Shown here one piece after another: positions 20,524 to 30,085 of a stretch of DNA of 56,783 nucleotides. The DNA comes from Alphaproteobacteria bacterium. Lineage in GTDB: Bacteria; Pseudomonadota; Alphaproteobacteria; Rickettsiales; JABIRX01. Made by a program: the position numbers and the translations under genes. The stretch lies in assembly GCA_018667735.1 (NCBI GenBank), contig JABIRX010000049.1, forward strand, positions 1 to 56,783, written 5' to 3'. The notes beneath the pieces are model-generated. The model was not told the origin of the DNA. It made no database searches and worked only from the letters and a program-made list of their open reading frames with translations. Position 1 is the stretch's first letter. The number at the start of each line of letters is the position of its first letter.

Positions 20524-21238
20524 AAATGAATATAATATAGCGCTTAAAGCTGTAAACAAAGCTAGCACCTATATTTTAGCACAATTTAATCAAAGAGATT
20601 TTGCTTGCATAGAGAAGCTACCTAATGATTTTGTAACAGATGCTGATCTAACAGCGCAGCAAATTATAAGAGAGATATTAAGCTCAGAATCATCATATCC
20701 AATTATTGGCGAGGAGAATCTATTTGACCACCAAAATCAGAATATAGTCTGGGCTATTGATCCAATTGATGGCACAGTTAATTTTATAAATAATATTCCA
20801 ATATTTGCCTGTGCAGTTAGTTTAATTAATCTTAAAGATTTTACTAGTTATGTAGGAGTTATAAATTTACCCTTCTATCAGAAAACTATAAGCGCTTACA
20901 ATGGAGGAGGGGCGTTTTTAAATGAAAATAAAATCGAACTTAAGCCAAATAACCATGTGAGTATTGCAGTAATGCGTAATAGGAGAGGTAGTAAATTAGC
21001 AAATAGTGAGTTGAAGAACATTACCCATTTCAGAAATTTTGGTTCAGCAAGTTACGAATTTACAATGCTAGCTGAACAAAAGATCAATCTTTATTACGAT
21101 GATTCTACTTGTTTATGGGATTTTGCAGCAGGAAAGGCTATCATAAAAGAGATTGGAGGTAAAGTTGATGTACTGCCTTATGATAGGGATAATTTAATAC
21201 TTTCTAAATATAAAGTTAAAGCGTCTTTATATCATTAA
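20513..21238 (+). CDS. inositol monophosphatase (SuhB/CysQ) family phosphatase
   Basis: 241 aa with IIGEE, WAIDPIDGTVNF and WDFAAG motifs. It overlaps the preceding gene by 11 nt. Confidence 0.85.
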   Translation: MIIENEYNIALKAVNKASTYILAQFNQRDFACIEKLPNDFVTDADLTAQQIIREILSSESSYPIIGEENLFDHQNQNIVWAIDPIDGTVNFINNIPIFACAVSLINLKDFTSYVGVINLPFYQKTISAYNGGGAFLNENKIELKPNNHVSIAVMRNRRGSKLANSELKNITHFRNFGSASYEFTMLAEQKINLYYDDSTCLWDFAAGKAIIKEIGGKVDVLPYDRDNLILSKYKVKASLYH

Positions 21239-22546
21239 TTTATTTTTGCTTCTCAAGATATCTTTTGCTTTGATTTTACCAGCTTCAACAGCAGGTTGAT
21301 CAAAAGGATTTATGTTTAGCGCATAGCCAAGCAAAATAGTTTCTAGCATAAAATACATCATTAATTCACCTAATGCCGTATCATGGAATTTCTGGAAGTG
21401 GAACCTTCTTAAAGGAACAGAGCTTTGTGCTAAAGTCTCTATAGTTGCTTCTTGATTGGCATTTATAACATCTCCTACTGTATTATTTTGGAAGTAATTA
21501 ATCTCTTTTAGCTCTTGATCTAGATTTATCTTATTTCCTAAGTTGTTGCTAGATTGTGTAATGAAGGTGAAGAAGTTGTTTTTAGGACCATCAAGAAATA
21601 ATTGCAATTGGCTGTGCTGATCAACGCTACCGAGAGCTTTAACAGGCATCATGCCCTTATTATTTTTACCTAAAGATTCAGCAAATAACTGAGAATACCA
21701 ATAAATTAATTGATATAATCTTTGCATATAAGGCATAAAAACATGATTGCTATAACCTTTTTTCATGATTGCTAACATAATTGTGGCCCCGCCAAATACT
21801 AAAGATTTGTTTTTTGCAGCTAAAAAATCCTCTACCATCAATTTGCCCCCTAAGACATATTGATCAAGTTCTATATTAGCAAGTTTAGCTGGTATTAAAG
21901 CAACTGGCAGAAAGCAAGAATATCTACCTCCAATTTTGTTATGATGCTTAATAATTGGACGCCCTAAACTAGAAGCGATTTTAGCTAAAGCTGTGTTGTT
22001 AGTCTCTGTAATAAAATAGAAATTTTCTGCACCAAATTTTTTTATTTCTGCAGAAAAAAGATCTTTAGTTACTAGAATTTGGGCTATAGTTTCGATCGTG
22101 GCGCCAGATTTAGAAATAGTTAAAAAAGCGGTGTTTTTGTAATCTACATTCTCTAAAAAAATATTAAAATTATGGTAGTGGATATTATCAATAAAAATAA
22201 TCTGGAAATTATCATTATTTAAAAACTGATAAAATTTAGTACCACACAGGGTTTGCCCGCCTAAGGATGAACCACCAATACCAAAAACATAAAGCTTGTT
22301 ATATTTTTCTTTGATTTCCTTAGCTACATCGATACTTAGGTCAATTTGCTCTGTATTATTGCATATATCAAGCAATGAGAGTTTGTCCTGCTCTGCAATA
22401 ACTCTCTGATAAGCGGAGTCAATTTCATGCTGTGCTTCAGAAATAAGGGCAGAACTTAAACCATTTTGCCCAATATTTTCTGCTAAAGCATATTTGTTAT
22501 CAATGATAAAAGAGAAATTATGCTTGTTGTTTAGCTGCTGTTTCAT
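21227..22546 (-). CDS. pgi: glucose-6-phosphate isomerase (short type)
   Basis: 439 aa. Motifs: GIGGSSLGGQ, ISKSGATIETI, GGRYS, and HSQLQLFLDGP. Confidence 0.88.
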   Translation of the reverse strand: MKQQLNNKHNFSFIIDNKYALAENIGQNGLSSALISEAQHEIDSAYQRVIAEQDKLSLLDICNNTEQIDLSIDVAKEIKEKYNKLYVFGIGGSSLGGQTLCGTKFYQFLNNDNFQIIFIDNIHYHNFNIFLENVDYKNTAFLTISKSGATIETIAQILVTKDLFSAEIKKFGAENFYFITETNNTALAKIASSLGRPIIKHHNKIGGRYSCFLPVALIPAKLANIELDQYVLGGKLMVEDFLAAKNKSLVFGGATIMLAIMKKGYSNHVFMPYMQRLYQLIYWYSQLFAESLGKNNKGMMPVKALGSVDQHSQLQLFLDGPKNNFFTFITQSSNNLGNKINLDQELKEINYFQNNTVGDVINANQEATIETLAQSSVPLRRFHFQKFHDTALGELMMYFMLETILLGYALNINPFDQPAVEAGKIKAKDILRSKNKLMI

Positions 22547-24830
22547 TTCTTAGCTCTTTAGTTGCTAAAACCATTTCTTTCAAAGCAAGCTCAACTTCTG
22601 GCCATCCTCTAGTTTTTAGACCACAATCTGGATTAACCCAGACTTTTTCTGCTGGAAGTACTTTTAACGCCTTGATTAATAAGTCTTTCATTTCATTTCT
22701 GGTTGGTACTCTTGGTGAATGAATATCATAAACACCTGGCCCAATCTCATTAGGGTAATTGAAATCAACAAATGCGTCTAAGAGCTCCATCTGTGACCTT
22801 GATGTTTCAATAGAAATAACATCAGCATCCATAGCTGCGATAGAATTAATGATATCATTGAACTCAGAATAGCACATATGTGTATGAATTTGAGTTTCAT
22901 CATTAGCTGTTGCTTGGGATAATTTAAATGAATCAACAGCCCATTTTAAATATGCTTGCCATTTAGCGCGATGAATAGGTAAGCCCTCTCTAATTGCTGG
23001 CTCATCAATTTGAATAATGCCAATACCATTAGTTTCTAAATCTTTTACTTCATCTTGAATTGCAAAACCTATTTGTTTACAAGTAGTTTCTCTTGGTTGA
23101 TCATCTCTTACAAAAGACCATTGTAAAATTGTAACAGGTCCAGTTAACATTCCTTTTACTGGTTTAGAAGTTTGCTCTTGTGCATATTTAGACCATCTTA
23201 CTGTCATTGAGTTTGGTCTAGAAACATCTCCAAAAATTATCGGTGGTTTTACACATCTTGAACCATAACTTTGAACCCAGCCATTTTTAGTGAAAGCAAA
23301 ACCATCTAGCTGCTCACCAAAATATTCAACCATGTCATTTCTTTCAAATTCACCATGGACTAAAACATCAATATCTAATTTTTCTTGCCTTTCGATACAT
23401 GAATTTGTTTCATTTGCAATAAATTCATCATATTCTTCTTGTGAAATATCACCTTTTTTCAAAGCCGCTCTATGCTTTCGCACATTTGTAGTTTGTGGAA
23501 AAGAACCAATTGTAGTAGTTGGATATAAAGGTAAGTTAAAAATAGATTTTTGCTTATTAGCTCTTAACTCATATGGGCTACTTCTATCATAATCTGCTTC
23601 AGACAAAGATTCGACACGTTTTTTGACAGCTGCATTATTAACTTTAGCTGAAGTTCTCCTTCGCTCAATAGCTGCTTTGTTTTGTTGATAGAACTCATTT
23701 TCTGCTTCATTACTGCCAGTTAGAATGTCTTTTAAGCAAGAAACCTCTTGTAGCTTCTGCACGGCAAATGCAAGCCATTCTTTTATTTCTGGATCAATTT
23801 TGCTTTCGCCAGCTAAATCTACGGGACTATGTAATAATGAACAACTTGGAGCGATTATTACTCTGTCAGCACCCAATTTAGCAATCGCTTTATTTGCCAG
23901 GTTCAAAGATTCTTCTAAATTATTTAACCAAATATTTCTACCATTTATCAGGCCAAGAGATAATGACCCTTCCGCTGGGAAATTTTCCAAAACAATGTCT
24001 AATTGCTCAGCTGCTCTAACTAAATCTATATGGTGTGATTTAGCTGGTATATTTAAAAATGTTTTTAGATTTTCTTCTACAGCTGCAAAATATGTTGTTA
24101 TATGTAAATTAACATTATTTTCTGCGCAGCATGCACCTATAATAGCATAAGCGCTTCTGTAACAAGCTCTAATATCGTCATCCAAATCTGTTACTAAAGC
24201 AGGTTCGTCAATTTGTATATCTTTTACACCAACTGTAGCAAGTCTTGTAATAATTTCTTGGTAGCAAGTGACAAGTTTATTTAACAAGTCGAATTTATTG
24301 AAGCTTTCTCCTTTAGTTTTTCCTATAGAAAGTAAAGTAACTGGACCAACTAAAACTGGTCTGGTTTCGTAACCTAATTCTTTTGCTTCTAGATATTCAT
24401 CAAAGATTTTGCTACTAGAGATTTTAAAACTTTGATCTTTAGTGAATTCTGGAACTATATAGTGATAATTTGTATCATACCATTTTGTCATCTCCATAGC
24501 TGGCACATCAATACCATCTTTTTGTAATCCTCTAGCCATAGAGAAATATGTATCTAAGGATACATTTTGATTGGTATTTTGATAAGTTTCTGGTATTGAA
24601 CCAACTAAACAGATAGTATCTAATATTTGATCATAAAATGAGAAATCATTAGACGGAATATAGTCAATTTTACTATCACTTTGTATTTTCCAATTATTTT
24701 GTCTTATTTCACTTGCCTTAGCTTTTAACTCGCTTTGGCTAATATTTCCTTTCCAATAACTTTCAACTGATTTTTTCAATTCCCTGTTATGACCGATTCT
24801 TGGGAAGCCTAAATTTGCAGATTTTACCAT
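22518..24830 (-). CDS. metE: cobalamin-independent methionine synthase
   Basis: 770 aa from the ATG at 24830 (MVKSANLGFPRIGHNRELK). C-terminal motifs are HTHMCYSEF and NPDCGLKTR. The longer ORF to 25001 adds a non-homologous extension. Confidence 0.92.
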   Translation of the reverse strand: MVKSANLGFPRIGHNRELKKSVESYWKGNISQSELKAKASEIRQNNWKIQSDSKIDYIPSNDFSFYDQILDTICLVGSIPETYQNTNQNVSLDTYFSMARGLQKDGIDVPAMEMTKWYDTNYHYIVPEFTKDQSFKISSSKIFDEYLEAKELGYETRPVLVGPVTLLSIGKTKGESFNKFDLLNKLVTCYQEIITRLATVGVKDIQIDEPALVTDLDDDIRACYRSAYAIIGACCAENNVNLHITTYFAAVEENLKTFLNIPAKSHHIDLVRAAEQLDIVLENFPAEGSLSLGLINGRNIWLNNLEESLNLANKAIAKLGADRVIIAPSCSLLHSPVDLAGESKIDPEIKEWLAFAVQKLQEVSCLKDILTGSNEAENEFYQQNKAAIERRRTSAKVNNAAVKKRVESLSEADYDRSSPYELRANKQKSIFNLPLYPTTTIGSFPQTTNVRKHRAALKKGDISQEEYDEFIANETNSCIERQEKLDIDVLVHGEFERNDMVEYFGEQLDGFAFTKNGWVQSYGSRCVKPPIIFGDVSRPNSMTVRWSKYAQEQTSKPVKGMLTGPVTILQWSFVRDDQPRETTCKQIGFAIQDEVKDLETNGIGIIQIDEPAIREGLPIHRAKWQAYLKWAVDSFKLSQATANDETQIHTHMCYSEFNDIINSIAAMDADVISIETSRSQMELLDAFVDFNYPNEIGPGVYDIHSPRVPTRNEMKDLLIKALKVLPAEKVWVNPDCGLKTRGWPEVELALKEMVLATKELRNETAAKQQA

Positions 24831-25044
24831 ATTTATACCTAGATACTTATTTGCTAAACCTTGTAAATTAAAAATTGACATCTTGCAAGATATTTTGCGT
24901 GTTACAGTAATAGAGTAGAAATAAATATGAGATATTAAAGTAAGTATGGTGGTATTTAGCGTTGCAATACTACTTGTTAGCAAGGAAGTCACTATTGCCA
25001 ATTATTAGTTATTGTTATAAAAAACGTGCAACAAGTTGCTATGG

Positions 25045-25074
25045 AAAAAGCCTTTCTTATTTTAAAGGCTTTTT
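25045..25074. terminator. bidirectional terminator-like hairpin in the metE upstream region
   Basis: AAAAAGCCTTT-cttatttt-AAAGGCTTTTT forms an 11-bp stem flanked by A-runs and T-runs on both strands. Confidence 0.35.
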
Positions 25075-25164
25075 TCTTTTTCTACCCTTTACTTCTTGTA
25101 ATAAGTCTAATTTCTACCTAAACATCACTATTATTCATTTGTTTCCTTTAAATTTGTGTGTTTT

Positions 25165-25175
25165 TATGCTATAAT
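25165..25175 (+). promoter_or_regulatory. extended -10 promoter (TATGcTATAAT)
   Basis: TRTG-n-TATAAT lies 23 nt upstream of the ATG at 25199. An AGAGG RBS sits between them. Confidence 0.45.
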
Positions 25176-25198
25176 ATATCTAATTAGAGGTTTTATTT

Positions 25199-25525
25199 AT
25201 GATAAATTATAGTGGTGGTTTTATATTTAATAATAATGTTTTTTCGGCAAAAGATAGTGTCAACTTAATGATAGATGCCACTACAAATGCCATCCGCTTT
25301 AAGTTAGATTTAACAGAGAGTAAGCATTTTGAATTAGAAACTGATCATAAAATGATTTATTTTGAAGATTATCAAACACATCAAGAAAAAATTAATAGAA
25401 GAAAACAAAGATTATTAAGCAAATTATTAGACCCACCAGAAAATTCTGTGAAGCGAGTAAAAAGATTATTAAAAAAAACAGAATTAAGTGATATGGTGAA
25501 AAATAATAAGGGTTTTTCTAGATAA
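25199..25525 (+). CDS. hypothetical protein with a strongly basic C-terminal half
   Basis: 108-aa ORF with a good RBS and promoter. No family recognised. The tail is basic (RRKQRLLSKLLDPPENSVKRVKRLLKK). Confidence 0.5.
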   Translation: MINYSGGFIFNNNVFSAKDSVNLMIDATTNAIRFKLDLTESKHFELETDHKMIYFEDYQTHQEKINRRKQRLLSKLLDPPENSVKRVKRLLKKTELSDMVKNNKGFSR

Positions 25526-25573
25526 TAAATTAGATTAAGCTTATTATTTAAAGCTCACTATAATTTTTTTATT

Positions 25574-26965
25574 ATGAAGCAAAAAACTATCATTTGGTTA
25601 AGAAATGATTTTCGTTTAACTGATAACGCAGCTATAAATGAGGCTAGTCAAAATGGAGATGAGTTAATCTTTTTATATATCCACAATAAAGAGCAAGAAT
25701 TGGGGGCAGCTACAAAATGGTTTTTACATCAAACATTAAACTCTTTTAAACAAGACTTACATAGTCATTATAATGCCCATTTGCTAATTAAAATAGGTGA
25801 GGAGGAAGAGGTTCTAACTGACTTAATTGCAACATATAAAATTCAAAAAATATTATGGAACAGAGTATATGAACCACATGCTATTAAAAGAGATAGTAAA
25901 ATAAAAGCTAAGTTAAAAGATCAGAACATAATTGTTAAAACTTTTAATAGTTCATTATTATTTGAGCCTAGTTTTATTAAAAATAACGCAGGTGAGTTTT
26001 TTAAAGTATTTTCCCCCTTTTGGCGCAAGTGTCTTAGTGCGCTAGAGCAAATAACCGAGCCATATAAAAAACCAGAATCACTGTCAATTATCACATTAAA
26101 AGAGTCTAAAGAAATAAGCTTGGAGCAATTAGACTTGCTGCCAACTGAGCCAAATTGGGCCAAAAACTGGCCAGAGATATATAAGGTTTCAGAAGATGAT
26201 ATACATGAAAAAGCACAACGCTTTATTAGTGATAAAATTTTAAATTACAAAACAGAAAGAGATTTCCCGGCGCTTGATGCCACAAGTAAATTATCCCCTT
26301 ACTTACATTTTGGTATAATTAGTCCTAAATTATTATATTATAAATTAATTCCATATTTAGATGATAGTAAAGGTGCTATTCACTTTTTTAGTGAAATTGG
26401 TTGGCGTGAATTTTCATATTATTTATTATATCATTTCCCCAAATTAGAAACAGCAAACTTTAATGCAAAATTTGATGGTTTTAAATGGCAAAATGATATG
26501 GAGAAATTGAAAAAATGGCAAAAAGGTCAAACAGGATTTCCAATAATTGATGCGGGTATGAGGCAATTATGGCAGACTGGTTGGATGCATAATAGGATTA
26601 GAATGGTTGTAGCTTCATTTTTAATTAAGAACTTATTAATAGATTGGCGTTATGGTATGAAATGGTTTGCTGATTGTTTAGTAGATGCAGATTTAGCTGC
26701 AAATGCAGCATCCTGGCAATGGGTTGCTGGAAGTGGAGCTGATGCTGCGCCATATTTTAGAATTTTTAATCCAATTACGCAAAGTGTTAAATTTGATCCA
26801 GAAGGTCATTATATAAGAAAATGGGTGCCAGAGCTTGCTCATCTTGCAAATGACAAAATTCATCAGCCTCAAAATGTAAAAGAATATTTTCCTGAAATTG
26901 TAGATCTAAAAGAAAGCCGAAATACTGCTTTAGAAAATTATAAAAATTTAAAAACAGCAAAATGA
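25574..26965 (+). CDS. phrB: deoxyribodipyrimidine photolyase (class I CPD type)
   Basis: 463 aa. Motifs: IWLRNDFRLTDN, GWREF, TGFPIIDAGMRQLWQTGWMHNRIRMVVASFL, and ASWQWVAGSGADAAPYFRIFNP. Confidence 0.9.
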   Translation: MKQKTIIWLRNDFRLTDNAAINEASQNGDELIFLYIHNKEQELGAATKWFLHQTLNSFKQDLHSHYNAHLLIKIGEEEEVLTDLIATYKIQKILWNRVYEPHAIKRDSKIKAKLKDQNIIVKTFNSSLLFEPSFIKNNAGEFFKVFSPFWRKCLSALEQITEPYKKPESLSIITLKESKEISLEQLDLLPTEPNWAKNWPEIYKVSEDDIHEKAQRFISDKILNYKTERDFPALDATSKLSPYLHFGIISPKLLYYKLIPYLDDSKGAIHFFSEIGWREFSYYLLYHFPKLETANFNAKFDGFKWQNDMEKLKKWQKGQTGFPIIDAGMRQLWQTGWMHNRIRMVVASFLIKNLLIDWRYGMKWFADCLVDADLAANAASWQWVAGSGADAAPYFRIFNPITQSVKFDPEGHYIRKWVPELAHLANDKIHQPQNVKEYFPEIVDLKESRNTALENYKNLKTAK

Positions 26966-29595
26966 AAGCAGAGCAAAATAACAGACTAGTTCTAGTAGAT
27001 GGATATAGCTTTCTATTTAGAGCTTACCATTCAATGCCGCCATTAACTAATCCAGATGGAGTTGTAGTTGGTGCTTTATATGGCTATAGTAATATGATTT
27101 TAAGAATTCGCAAAGAGTTAGACGCTTCACATTTTGCGGTGGTTTTAGATCATGGTGATAAAACTTTTAGAACTGAAATTTACCAAGAATATAAAGCTAA
27201 TAGGCCACCTGCGCCAGAGGATTTGAAGCCGCAATTTCCTTTAGTTAGAGATGTAACTGCAGCTATGAATATCGCTACATTAGATCAAAGTGGTGTTGAG
27301 GCAGATGATATTATAGCAACATTGGCTTTAAAAGCAGAAAAGCGCAATATGGACGTAACGATTATTTCTTCTGACAAAGATTTAATGCAATTAGTGAGTG
27401 ATAAAATAAAGCTTTATGATCCAATGAAGCAAAAAATTATAGATAGAGATGCGGTGTTTGAAAAATTCGCAGTTTACCCAGATAAAATTCTAGATTTACT
27501 TTCTTTAAGTGGTGATAGTGCAGATAATATACCAGGTGTACCATCTATAGGACCCAAAACCGCGGCTCAGTTAATTAATGAGTATGGTTCGATAGAGGGT
27601 ATCTATCAAAATATTCATAAAATTAAGCAGCCAAAAAGAAGAGAGACTTTAGCACATAATAAGGAGCAGGCTTTTTTATCTAGAGATTTAGTTAAGCTTA
27701 AAGAAAATGTAGAAATCATAAATGAGTTTTCAGAGCTAGAGGTGCAAGAAATTAACAAAACAGAGTTGGCATGTTTTTTTAATAAGCATGGCTTTAAAAC
27801 TTTAGTAAGTAAAATAGGAAGCGAAATTGTCAATAAAGCGCAAAATGATAATGAAGAGGATAATTTTAATTTTAATTATGTAGAAATCACTAAAGAAAAT
27901 GAGTTGCATGCTGCCTTTAAAAAAATAAATGAAGCAAGCGAAATCTTTATCACAACATTTTTAAATAATTTGTATATTTCAACAAATTCTGAGATTTTTA
28001 CATTCATACCAAGTGAAATAACACATGATTTATTAGGAGAGAATATAACCGGTTTCAGTGATAAATTATTAAAGATAGATTTAGAAAGAGTTTTGTTAGA
28101 CAAAACCATAAAAAAGAATTTTTTTGATTTTAAGGATTTCTATCGCAATTATCAGCATCAGAATATTTTTCCTAATTTGCATGAAAAGTTAAATTTATAT
28201 GCAGAAAATTTTCTGGATTATAAAAGTTTAGCATTTTTAGCAAATCAACCAGATGATAAATTTTTGCCTGAGAAAGCAGTATTGTCGGCAGAGCTAATTA
28301 AAAAGCGTTTCTCCACAATATATGTAAGATTAGCTAAATATAAAAATATCCTAAGTGAAAATAAACAATTTGCGCTCTTTCATAATCTAGATTTGCCATT
28401 TTTAGAGGTTCTGGCCGATATGGAAAAAGCAGGCTTTAAAATATCGATAGATAAATTATATAGCTTAACACAAGAATTTTCTAAACAGATCGAAGTGGTG
28501 CAAAAAGAAATATTTGAGCTAGCTGGTGAAGAATTTAATATTGCTTCACCAAAACAATTAGGTGATATATTATTCACAAAATTAGGTATTAGCGCAAAAA
28601 AGAAAAGTAAAAAAACCAAAAATCTCTCTACTTCTCAGCAAGTGTTAGAGGAGTTAAGCATAGCAGGCTATGAAATTGCAGCTAAAATATTAGCATGGAG
28701 GCGTTTTAGTAAATTAAAAAACACATATAGTGAAGCTTTACCAAAGCAAATAAACCAACTTTCTAAACGAGTACATAGCAGTTTTTCTAATACCACCACT
28801 TCAACTGGCCGTATCAGCTCAAATAACCCTAATTTACAGAATATACCGGTAAGAAGTAAAGAGGGGGATAGAATTAGAGCAGCATTTATATGTGAGAATG
28901 GTTATAAGTTAATTTCAGCAGATTATTCGCAGATAGAACTACGTTTATTAGCAGAAATTGGTGAAGTTAGTAAGTTGCAAAATGCTTTTAGGCATAATAT
29001 TGATGTTCATACCGCAACTGCAAGTGAAGTTTTTTCAGTCCCTGCACAAGATGTGGATGCAGAGCTTAGAAGAAAAGCCAAAATGATTAATTTTGGCATT
29101 ATCTATGGCATAAGTAGCTTCGGTTTAGCTGAAAGGTTAAATATCTCTAGAAAGGAAGCTAAAGAATATATAGAGCTATATTTTAAGCGCTATGAAGAGA
29201 TAAAAGAATATATGGAAAGGACTGTTGCAACTTGTAAAGAAAATGGTTTTGTGGAAACAATTTTAGGGCGTAGATTATTTTTTAATAATTTAGACTCTAA
29301 TAATTTTGCTCTCAGAAACTTTGCTGAAAGAGCTGTAATTAACGCACCATTGCAAGGAAGTGCAGCTGATATTATTAAGCTTGCCATGATAAATCTAGCA
29401 AGTCATATCAAGGCCAATAATTTACCAATGCGTCTTATCTTGCAAATACATGATGAATTAATTTATGAAGTTAAAGAAGATTTTGTTTTAGAGGCTAAAA
29501 AGTTAATCAAAGAATATATGGAAAATGCTGTTAAGTTAAAAACACCATTGATAGTTGAAGTAAATAGTGGTGATAATTGGCACGAAATACATTAA
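26962..29595 (+). CDS. polA: DNA polymerase I
   Basis: 877 aa. The 5' nuclease domain is visible (LVDGYSFLFRAYH, SSDKDLMQL, GVPSIGPKTA). The polymerase motifs are DYSQIELRLLA, RRKAKMINFGIIYG and QIHDELIYE. There is a 4-nt overlap with phrB. Confidence 0.93.
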   Translation: MKAEQNNRLVLVDGYSFLFRAYHSMPPLTNPDGVVVGALYGYSNMILRIRKELDASHFAVVLDHGDKTFRTEIYQEYKANRPPAPEDLKPQFPLVRDVTAAMNIATLDQSGVEADDIIATLALKAEKRNMDVTIISSDKDLMQLVSDKIKLYDPMKQKIIDRDAVFEKFAVYPDKILDLLSLSGDSADNIPGVPSIGPKTAAQLINEYGSIEGIYQNIHKIKQPKRRETLAHNKEQAFLSRDLVKLKENVEIINEFSELEVQEINKTELACFFNKHGFKTLVSKIGSEIVNKAQNDNEEDNFNFNYVEITKENELHAAFKKINEASEIFITTFLNNLYISTNSEIFTFIPSEITHDLLGENITGFSDKLLKIDLERVLLDKTIKKNFFDFKDFYRNYQHQNIFPNLHEKLNLYAENFLDYKSLAFLANQPDDKFLPEKAVLSAELIKKRFSTIYVRLAKYKNILSENKQFALFHNLDLPFLEVLADMEKAGFKISIDKLYSLTQEFSKQIEVVQKEIFELAGEEFNIASPKQLGDILFTKLGISAKKKSKKTKNLSTSQQVLEELSIAGYEIAAKILAWRRFSKLKNTYSEALPKQINQLSKRVHSSFSNTTTSTGRISSNNPNLQNIPVRSKEGDRIRAAFICENGYKLISADYSQIELRLLAEIGEVSKLQNAFRHNIDVHTATASEVFSVPAQDVDAELRRKAKMINFGIIYGISSFGLAERLNISRKEAKEYIELYFKRYEEIKEYMERTVATCKENGFVETILGRRLFFNNLDSNNFALRNFAERAVINAPLQGSAADIIKLAMINLASHIKANNLPMRLILQIHDELIYEVKEDFVLEAKKLIKEYMENAVKLKTPLIVEVNSGDNWHEIH

Positions 29596-30026
29596 TTGGT
29601 ATTATGTGTGACTCTACTCACCGATCTGTAAGTGGCATCTAATACATAATCATAAATTTGCAACCTTACATTATTATTATATAAAGCCTTAAAAGCTAAT
29701 TTAACATTTAATTGATCTCTTAGTAAATGGATGCCTATATTGTAAGCTATATTAAGCATTTGTTTGCCTTTAGCTGTAAAATCTGTGCCAGATATAAAAA
29801 TAGTAGCATCATATTCGGCAATATTGACAAAAGAATTATTCAGATCATTTTTTACCATTTCTCTAAGCTGATACATTAGCTTAGGGTTAGCATTTTTAAA
29901 CAAATTAAATGCTAATCTGAAAGGGGAGTATTTTATTGATTTTGCTAAATGCTTATTAATTCCGGCTTCAATTGCTTTAACAATATCAGCCCCAAAATCC
30001 CTGTTGTTAATTTGTATTTCTTTCAT
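29592..30026 (-). CDS. hypothetical protein
   Basis: 144-aa ORF in a very stop-rich AT background. No family recognised. It is convergent with polA, overlapping its stop by 4 nt. Confidence 0.5.
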   Translation of the reverse strand: MKEIQINNRDFGADIVKAIEAGINKHLAKSIKYSPFRLAFNLFKNANPKLMYQLREMVKNDLNNSFVNIAEYDATIFISGTDFTAKGKQMLNIAYNIGIHLLRDQLNVKLAFKALYNNNVRLQIYDYVLDATYRSVSRVTHNTN

Positions 30027-30085
30027 TTTGTATAATATGTTAGTTGTGAATGAAGCATGAAGCAGTTATATTATATATAACTTAT

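Noticed and set aside
23290-24150. Two ORFs (100 and 141 aa) antisense to metE.
   Set aside because: metE is unambiguous over its full length, and the antisense products are Ser/Cys/Phe-rich nonsense.
24831-25001. N-terminal 57-codon extension of the metE ORF (827-aa version), and the 70-aa plus-strand ORF at 24962-25174.
   Set aside because: MetE homology begins at MVKSANLGFPRIG (ATG 24830). The extension is hydrophobic, has no homology, and is more likely 5' leader. The 70-aa ORF lies across the intergenic hairpin and the divergent promoter.
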